From NCBI RefSeq assembly GCF_006345805.1, contig NC_043011.1, positions 63,934,464 to 63,998,463 on the forward strand: a DNA stretch of 64,000 nt, given 5' to 3'. Under the pieces are notes generated by a model, which saw only the letters and a program-made list of their open reading frames with translations, did no database searches and was not told where the DNA came from. Position 1 is the first letter of the stretch. The number at the start of each line of letters is the position of its first letter. A program made the position numbers and the translations under genes. Below are positions 55,091-64,000 of this stretch, piece after piece. Source of the stretch: Octopus sinensis (Eukaryota).

Positions 55091-56230
55091 GCATTGTGCT
55101 ACTTTTCGAACAAATATGTATTTTCTGCTGCATTTTTAAAATCTTCAAAAATATCACACGTAATTTTCAGTCAACATGTTTTCATTTATTTATTCATAGG
55201 CAATAAAAAACTGTGATTCCAAAGAATAGAGGAGAGATGATTCCTTCCTGTGAATCAAATGAAAAATATTTGTTGAAACGCATATTATCAAACATTTTAT
55301 CTAAATTTAAGGTAAAGACTGTTACTATTTCTTTAATTCTTTAAACACAATATATACACACACGCACGCAGACAGACACACACACACATTCACACGCATA
55401 TATATAAGTATATAAATAGATTTCCGAAATTTTATAGGTAGGGATATAAGATCAAAGGGAGGAACCGTAGTCGCTTTTACCGGTTAATATGCTGGATAGT
55501 CTCAGTGAGTGTATAGAACTGCATAAACACCTCTAGTGCAACGACGGGAAGCGCTTCTTCTGCAGCAGTTTTGCGTTCCAATATCAGCTGCGCTGACCCT
55601 TGTTGCTGACCTATTCTTTTTATTCCTTCATAAATTTTACGTTGTGTTCTGAGCCTCTTTTCACTTCGGACAAGAATATGTGCAATACTTACCAAGGATA
55701 TTAGAAATTAAAATGCCACCTCTCCCCGAAGCTATTTAAATTGAGAAAGTCTCTCGCACAGGGAAATCTCACTTCGTAATCAACGTTTACATTTCGCTTG
55801 GAAAGATTTCTAGTTTACGTCATTGGATGCAAAATTGGATTTACACAAGTAACGTTTGTTTTAAGAAAACATGAACAAGCACACGCGCACATATCTGAAT
55901 TTAATACTGAGCTGTCAGTGATCACTCAATCCATTGAAATGTGATTCCTTTTTAATCCGGTTTCTAACCCTGAAGAAATATTCAATTAACTATATTCAAA
56001 ATGCATATTTAATTACTGATTTAATTATTCATTTGGAATTTGAAATTAATTTGAACAAAAAAACAATTGTAGTTTTCTTTTCTGATACACATATGGATGT
56101 TCCATTCTGTCGAAGAGCGTAGGCTCGAAACGTAAAAGACTTCCTCATTTCTCGAGCCTTAAACTAATACATCTGTTTGTTGTTTACTCATCCGTCTTCG
56201 TCTTTTGTTTTTTGGTAAATTTTCACTACT

Positions 56231-56288
<58 letters not shown>

Positions 56289-56399
56289 TGTGTGTATATA
56301 TATATATGTGTGTGTGTGTCTGTGTATCCTCGGAAATGACGTCGGAGCGCACAATTTTGCTGTGATTTTCCGGCAGTATTTCGATTTTCTCCTAATATT

Positions 56400-56565
56400 T
56401 CACGCATGTTTCATTATAATGTATGGAGACACTATGCTGTCAACAACATGTAAGAACTTCACTAGCTTCCTTGATATATCACGAAATCTTGATTCCATTC
56501 CACATTTTACCCACTTTGACATCAATTCTATAGATAATTCATGCATGTCTCTCGGGCGCATAACC
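56400..56565 (-). pseudogene. Candidate paralogous exon 2 with a 1-nt indel (pseudogene or assembly error)
   Basis: ATTTTCAG acceptor. Phase 1 reads (G)LCARETCMNY, then a shifted frame reads LMSKWVKCGMESRFRDIS, aligning with gene B CFRFNRYDMSRWRYC. No matching exon 1 was found. Confidence 0.35.
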
Positions 56566-57269
56566 CTGAAAATATGTGCACACACTTATTTACACCTTCA
56601 CGATCACGACTCAACTACCATTCTACAAAAACTATTCTTCAACCTTTTCCCAAACTGCCCACATCGTTATCATTGTTAACTCATATCCTTATATGCACAT
56701 ATAACAGCCTCGAATGTCTTTTCTTCTTTTCTTTATTCTATTGGCTTAACGCATACAAACTGATGCCAAATAAGCTTGGAGGAAACCATGATACTTTTGA
56801 ACATAGCCTTTTCGCTTTGGATACTAATGTATATCGGTGTAACTCACAGTTATCAACAAATATTATGGGTAGATTAACACCTGATACAGCTTCTACTTTA
56901 CCCGATTTGTAACCAGGAAAATTAATTGCCAATATTGATATCAGATATCAAAACATTGAGCAATCTTTCACCTAATAACGTAAAGTAAGTTTGCATTCTT
57001 CACTAGAAAAGTTAATTCCAAAACGAAACTCACACGCACAATTTTTATATCGTTTTCGGGGCTATGTTAGAATTGCATTTTAATCCAAACTGCCACTGTA
57101 CATGTTTTTCATGTCAACAATTTAAGCATTGTTCATCACAAAATGACCGGAAATAATGCTTATGAAAGAGAGTTCATTGCTTCATAGACATCGTTTAACG
57201 ATTCTGCTCATAAGAAGGGAACAATTAATACAATGTGGCTGCAGATCACAACACGCACGCAACGCCGGG

Positions 57270-57335
57270 TTATATATAACTTAGAATAACTTAGAAAGGT
57301 TTTGGCCAGTATTTGCCCAGGCATGTCTAACTTAA

Positions 57336-57340
<5 letters not shown>
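57270..57340 (-). mobile_element. Isolated 3' tail of the CR1/L2-group LINE
   Basis: AAGTTAGACATGCCTGGGCAAATACTGGCCAAAACCT plus a short tandem tail matches 14655-14725. Confidence 0.6.
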
Positions 57341-57375
<35 letters not shown>

Positions 57376-57405
57376 ATGTATGTAAATGCGTATGTCTATC
57401 TATAC

Positions 57406-57463
<58 letters not shown>

Positions 57464-57511
57464 TACGTATGTATATCTATCTATATATATATCTATCTGT
57501 ATATCTATCTA

Positions 57512-57555
<44 letters not shown>

Positions 57556-57574
57556 GATAAGAAAGTTGGTTTGT

Positions 57575-57618
<44 letters not shown>

Positions 57619-58005
57619 ATACGTATAAAGATAGATAGATAGATATATATAGATTATATATATATATTATATTAGATAGATATACATACGTAATATATAT
57701 ATATATAGACGTATAGATAGACTTACATATTTACATATACATACATACATATATACATGTATATATGTGTGTATATATGTATATATATATTACGTATGTA
57801 TATCTATCTATATCTATGTATATCTATCTATCTATCTATCTATCTAAATTTATATATATATATGTATATATAATGTATATATATATTTATATATATTATA
57901 TATATATTATATATATTACGTATGTTTATCTATCTATATATATGTCTATCTATCTATCTATCTATCTGTAATTATATATATATGTATAAATATGTATATA
58001 TATCT

Positions 58006-58069
<64 letters not shown>

Positions 58070-59530
58070 TAATTACTGAATGAGTTAGTGTTGCAATGGA
58101 ATTACATACCTTATATATAATACCGCTGCTGTGTAGAACCTCGTCGTGTCCCTGAAAGCAAAGAGTTGATATAACGTTAATATGAATTAATAAATCAAAG
58201 TGCTCCCTCCTGTAACGTCATTGATGTATTATCATGTGAAATATATTCACGTCGACATAAACATGAATCGTCGAATCTTTGTATCTTTGCATAGCGCAAA
58301 TGTTCACGAAGAAATAAATAGATCATTTTTTTTTCTATCTTGATTGAAGGATTCTTTATGTGAAGTCTTGTTGTATTTAGGGAGAGTCATCAAAATGTCT
58401 TCTATTAATGTTTAACCAAGTTAAACAAACAATAATGATGTAGTGAAACTGAAGCAGAACCTGTGACAATAATCTTGGCATAATGTCTCACCCTGTACAC
58501 AACAAAGTCTATTGTCTGTGTTTCATAAATTCTCTCGCGTCAAGTTATTTTTATTAGATCAATCGTCGTCTATCACACGATGTTTTATATCACAGTGTCA
58601 ATATAATATTGGTTTTGCCATCATGAAGTTTAACGAAAGACATCAGTGATGTAAGATAGAGGATGATTTATCCTCATGTGTCGCTGTCGCCAGATTTTGA
58701 CGTGTGTTAGTTAGGAAACACCATTTAATTATCAATATCGTAGATACACAATAACCTGATTTTTTTAGTGGTTTTCATGGATAAACAATTACTTTTGCTT
58801 CTATAGCTGAAACTACTAATTTCAGTTTGTAAAATATTCATTTCGTATCTCGTCGAAATCTTTACAATTTCGGGTTTGAAATAAAAGCATATCAACGAAT
58901 ATAAATTCACTTACGAGACACAAATGTTCAAATTGGAAACTAAAGAAAGATGTGCAATAATTGTTTACTCCATCAAAACACCCGGGAAAATTCTTGAAGT
59001 TACTGAAGTAAAAAATATTTCAAACAAAAAACGAGATTTTATTCAATGATATTTAATTCATATAAATATATAAGAACATGCAGTTGGAAATACAAAGGCG
59101 TTTATTATTCATAGCAACAAATGCTTGTTCATCGCACACCATGCTTTTCATATTCATATTTTATAAAACATATGCAACAATTGAAGCTGCACGGTGTGAA
59201 AACACATGTTGCGATGTATAATTAAAACTTATGTATGCCGGTCTCATGTAGATATTTTCATTATGATATTAATCCTATACAGAATTCATTTCTTTGTGTG
59301 ACTCTATATACACGTATGTTCCACGTCTTTTTGCTACGTTCTTTAGAAGTTTATTTTACGCATTCACATAATTTAGCTTTATGAACTATACGAATAGATT
59401 GATGTAGCAATCATTTTTTGATAACATAGATACCCAACCAGAAGTGATCCTATCTTCTATCACGGTGCTGAGCACGCCTTTCAACATAAAACTACAAACT
59501 CTACCTTATTTTATCCTACGCATACTTTTG

Positions 59531-59571
<41 letters not shown>

Positions 59572-60042
59572 TGTGGCTGTGTGTGAACGTGTGAATGTGT
59601 GTGTGTCTCTGTGTGTGTCTGTGTGTGTGTTTGTGTGTGTCTGTGTATGTTAGTCTGTGTGTGTGTGTGCTTGTGTGTGTCTAATTTTGTTTGTTATGTC
59701 TCCAAAGAGACATTAGGTTCTCCGAAGCTTAGAGATTCGCAACCGGTATCTACGCAACACATTGCAATATGGGCAAGATATGTTCTAACACATAAACTGC
59801 ATGGTGAGAACAGAAATTATGTTGAGACGCGGAATTGTGAAAGAGAAAATACGTTAGTGACGGAAGTACGCTCAGTGCAACAGATATAGTTTTATATACA
59901 TGTTTGCGTCGCGTTGTCTGAGTGTGTATGAAAGTGTTCGATAATGACGAATAAACTCAATCGTCAGGTATGTTGCTTGAAAACTATTAACACAAACATG
60001 AATACACACATATGTAATACACTCACTCACACACGCAAACAA

Positions 60043-60117
<75 letters not shown>

Positions 60118-62388
60118 TTATAAGCTATATATACTTTAACATAGTATTAGTAATTAAACCATGTTATTTCCTTTTCTATGGTGTTCTACCCTACTTGATT
60201 ATTTTATTCCTTTATTATTTTATAATTAGCCTTTGTTTATTTATAAAATTAATCTAATTTTTATATCTCTATAAATTCATACTTAGCGTATATAAAACTA
60301 TACTGATATATTCACTACTTATAAAAAAACACTGCTGATATTTTAATTCTATTAATATATAATTAGCATGCCCCTTAACCACAATAATCTTTTATTAATA
60401 CAAGTATATACCAATTAATCAATATTTACAGAAACCATCTAATGAGCTAGTATTTACGTGTACAATATGTATGAATATTAAACTATTTCTGGATGATTTC
60501 TTTTCCTACCCCTATTGTGGTAAAAGTTTCTTATATACTCAAAAGTATTCATAAATTTCTATCCTTTTATTATACTAGTCTTCTTAATAATGCTCTGAAT
60601 AACCTTAAACTTTATCTGTATACAATATAGCAGCATTGTTTTATAGTATTTGACTGGAGTACTACATGATGAGTCTTCCCATGTTTCATTATCAATGGTC
60701 TGCCATTAGGAGACCCCCTTAAGTTTCAGCTAAAGTCTTGTATTAAGATTTCCTTTGACCAAACCTCATAATATTGCTTCCGATAAATCTTGATTTTTAT
60801 GACTATAGAAACTATGATGTCTGTCTTCACCCTCAGTCCTACCCCTAACATATACAGCCCTCTCTTCTCTTAGCCTTAGATATACAAGGGATTTGATAAA
60901 CTAGTCTATAAATTAAAACTGACCACATAAAAAAAAATATCAGTGACAGGCAGAGTCTGTAACAATGTATATATTGTTGGAAGTTTCAGTAACTTCTAAA
61001 CTGGAGTGAGACAGCATGTTCTTTGTGTATCTCCTTAACTTCTTGGAGATTTTAGGTATAGTTATATTAATGTCTCCATCTGTTCTAAGTTAATTAAATT
61101 CTATATTTTTGTGTCGCTAAAGATTGCTTTGCATTTTAAATTGATGTAATGATTGCATTGTTCACTTAAATGGAGTTGTATGAAACGGTCGTACTGCATT
61201 ACCTCTGGATATCCTTGTTGCTTATTTTGATTGTAATCAACTTACTTCGAAATTGTATATATAATAATTGTGTCGTCCTCGTTTCTTACAGATGGTTTCA
61301 TTAATAATCAATAATTTAATAAGAAATTTATATTAAAATTGCATTTACGTGACCTGTGTATAATTTCGTCAGAGAAAACTAGATGTCACTTCGGATGTTA
61401 TATGTGGACCTGTTTATATATTGAGATCTGGCTATATGCGGGAATATCTGTATGTCCTAATACTCACGGATTTTTGCAATGTGTATTGGTTAAGAATAAA
61501 TCACAATATATTCAATTTGGTGTTAATCAGAAAAAAAGTTTAGTAACATATTTGCTGTTTCTATTATCGCCATCATAGTTATTACTTGATCGAAAGCTAT
61601 CATCTGTTGATATCATATATTGTAACATAACAACGGTAATCGAATAGAAATCAATGAATGATGAAACCTATTATTTTGCCTTGAAGTATGAAACGTTATA
61701 TTTCATTTTTTAACTAAATATAGGAGGGGCTTCTGATATATCCCCAGGTTTATGCGTGTCGCGAAAGGCCTGATTCGAGACCAATGTTCCGAGTATTTTT
61801 ATTGGATTTGGAAGCATTGAAATTTGCCTGCAATATGTTTGTGAATCTAAGAGTAGAATAGGTTGAATAAAATCCTAATTAACCCATCACCCCTTATTTT
61901 CCTTTGACCAAAGCCAGAAACATTTCAGCACTGCCTCGTGTATACCAGAAGAATGGTTTTAATTTATTGACTATGAAATAGAATCATGAGAGGACCATAG
62001 AAATACATTTTGCTGTTCTAGTTTGTTTAATTCTGTCACATTTTGAAGAATATAAATATATATAAGTGAAATGAACTATGGAATTTTATGTAGTATAATG
62101 ACAAGGGAATCTTTATAATAAATATACATTTCGCTAAATGTATGAATAATTATTTTTATGAATATTGGAAATAAGAGCATATATACTTGCAGAATGTATC
62201 TTCACTTGTTATATTCATGTTTATGGGACATCGACGTACTACGGCTTCGTAGCATTCGTTTGACATGACAAATCCTAAAAATGTAATGTCCGGTTTTAAG
62301 TATCTTTTTCGTTCACAAAAATATAAAATGTTACGAAAGACTCAGTAAAATAAATTATTAGTCTTATTTATCCATCTTCCAAATCCAA

Positions 62389-62458
<70 letters not shown>

Positions 62459-63379
62459 TTATAATGGGTTCATGTTATGTTTGAATTTGTGCTCCCTGCA
62501 CTGGACGGAGAAGGTTATGTTTACTGTTCAAAGAGCAAATATTTCGCTGTAAATAATAGAAAATATACACATTTGCTAATTTCTTTGTTATACGACTGTT
62601 TTGTATGTTATTGTTATCATTGCCTCAAGTCTGACATGGTATATTTCATTTTATAACAATTTTCAATGGTATTTATATGATGTTTAGTTATTCTACCTCG
62701 ATCTAATCTGATATAATATTGTGTTACATAAGGATCTTTCATCAGTATGCACATATATATGTAGCTGTTAATGTACAGCAGCCGTTTAATTTTAGGGCAT
62801 TTCATATGACTAAATATTTGCATTAATAAAGATTTTTCAGTATTCTTTTTAACAATACAAATATCCCCCAGAGGATAGTTAAAAGTATTTGCGCATATTG
62901 TTATTTCCATAACAGAGAACCACAGGTAAATTCCTAGTAATTGTGCGTTGGTGCATATTATGCATGCATGAAGAATATTTACCATAATATATTTGTTGTG
63001 TAGAGCTTTACAGCCTAAACAATGAGATAATACGAGATATTCCAATAAGAAAATTTCTATGAATCTTTTTCATAATAATCTTGGATAACGAGAAATTTCA
63101 TAAATAACACATTTATGAACATATTCGTAAATTATTTTATGTAAGCATGCTTGTTATTGCTCTGAATAAAATGTGGAATTTTCAGTGTTGGAAATTTTCA
63201 CTAGTATGTATAATTTTGAGTTATATTCCAAAAGGTTTGCTACTTTTTCACAAAGATAACTATGTCACCTGGATAAATGCAATTTAATATATCATTACCA
63301 GACGTCTATTTAACTGACCCGCCATGAATGTTTTTATTCCAGATTGAAGGAAAAGGCCGTAATATTAATTTGAAACCAC

Positions 63380-63990
63380 TCTGATGAACACTGCTTGTCA
63401 GAGGTGATAAACTTGTAGAAAGCAGTCAGGGATGAAGGCAGTTTAGAAGTGTGCAGTCTAGTATATGTAAACAGAAACTTATGATCTCCTCCAGACTACT
63501 TATTGACTAACATGTATGATATGAGCATCTTCTACGGCCAGGCACATGAGGCGCCACGTTGATATAGACAACGAATTCGGAGCATCAGAGCTAGTTGAGA
63601 ACACCAGCAATTTTCTCGATAAAGACAGTCATGTGTGTATAAAATCAATAAACATACAGATTGGAGTTGTTGTAGAAACTCGAAACAGAATTATTCATGA
63701 AGTGGGACCCATAAGGAGAATGTGTACAAAGTCTGTTATTAGACTGCTCAGTGAAAAAGAGACGTGTTGGCGACAGAAGGGAGGTTGTTAACCTCATTAC
63801 TTTCAAATCGAGAGTAAATGACCTGTCAGGAAGGCTCGATTTACATTTATGATCCTGAAATCTAATGACAACGTAACCAATGGAATTGTGCAGGCTCTTT
63901 TGCAGACCCAAAAACCCCAGGTGAAGCACATCCACTGGAAAGCCCATTAAAATCAACTACTTAGACAGCTAGGGCATAACTTACGTTCAC
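63380..63990 (+). pseudogene. Mariner transposase remnant
   Basis: VENTSNFLDKDSHVCIKSI..IIHE..IRRMCTKSVIRLL followed by EGSIYIYDPE..QW (the DE.WIY.YDPE motif). Multiple stops and frameshifts. Confidence 0.78.
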
Positions 63991-64000
63991 TCGGTGCCCT

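Noticed and set aside
55693-55731. Segment before GTAAGT as another signal-peptide exon
   Set aside because: There is no ATG at the expected position and no conserved promoter blocks.
59094-59240. Possible fourth first exon (MNKHLLL*IINAF)
   Set aside because: It has an in-frame stop, the wrong length, a poor donor and only fragmentary promoter similarity.

Overview
AT-rich, microsatellite-dense eukaryotic DNA. It is most likely octopus (coleoid), inferred from the SINE families and repeat spectrum as I recall them, not from a database search. Most of the window is transposon debris: two Penelope-like GIY-YIG retroelements, two RTE fragments, a CR1/L2-group LINE with an unusual ORF1, L1/Tx1 fragments, two tandem R4/Dong elements in (TAA)n arrays, Tc1 and mariner remnants, and many tRNA-derived SINEs. 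No intact autonomous element is present. The main non-TE signal is a minus-strand family of small secreted-protein genes. Three paralogous first coding exons (3931-3967, 43576-43612, 46167-46203) are each 37 nt long, encode a hydrophobic signal-peptide start, end at a phase-1 GTAAG donor, and share a conserved TATA/E-box promoter. Their downstream exons are candidates only. Two large foldback structures carry hammerhead-ribozyme-like motifs, and one appears to have been rearranged by a local inversion. All alignments and counts were made by eye.
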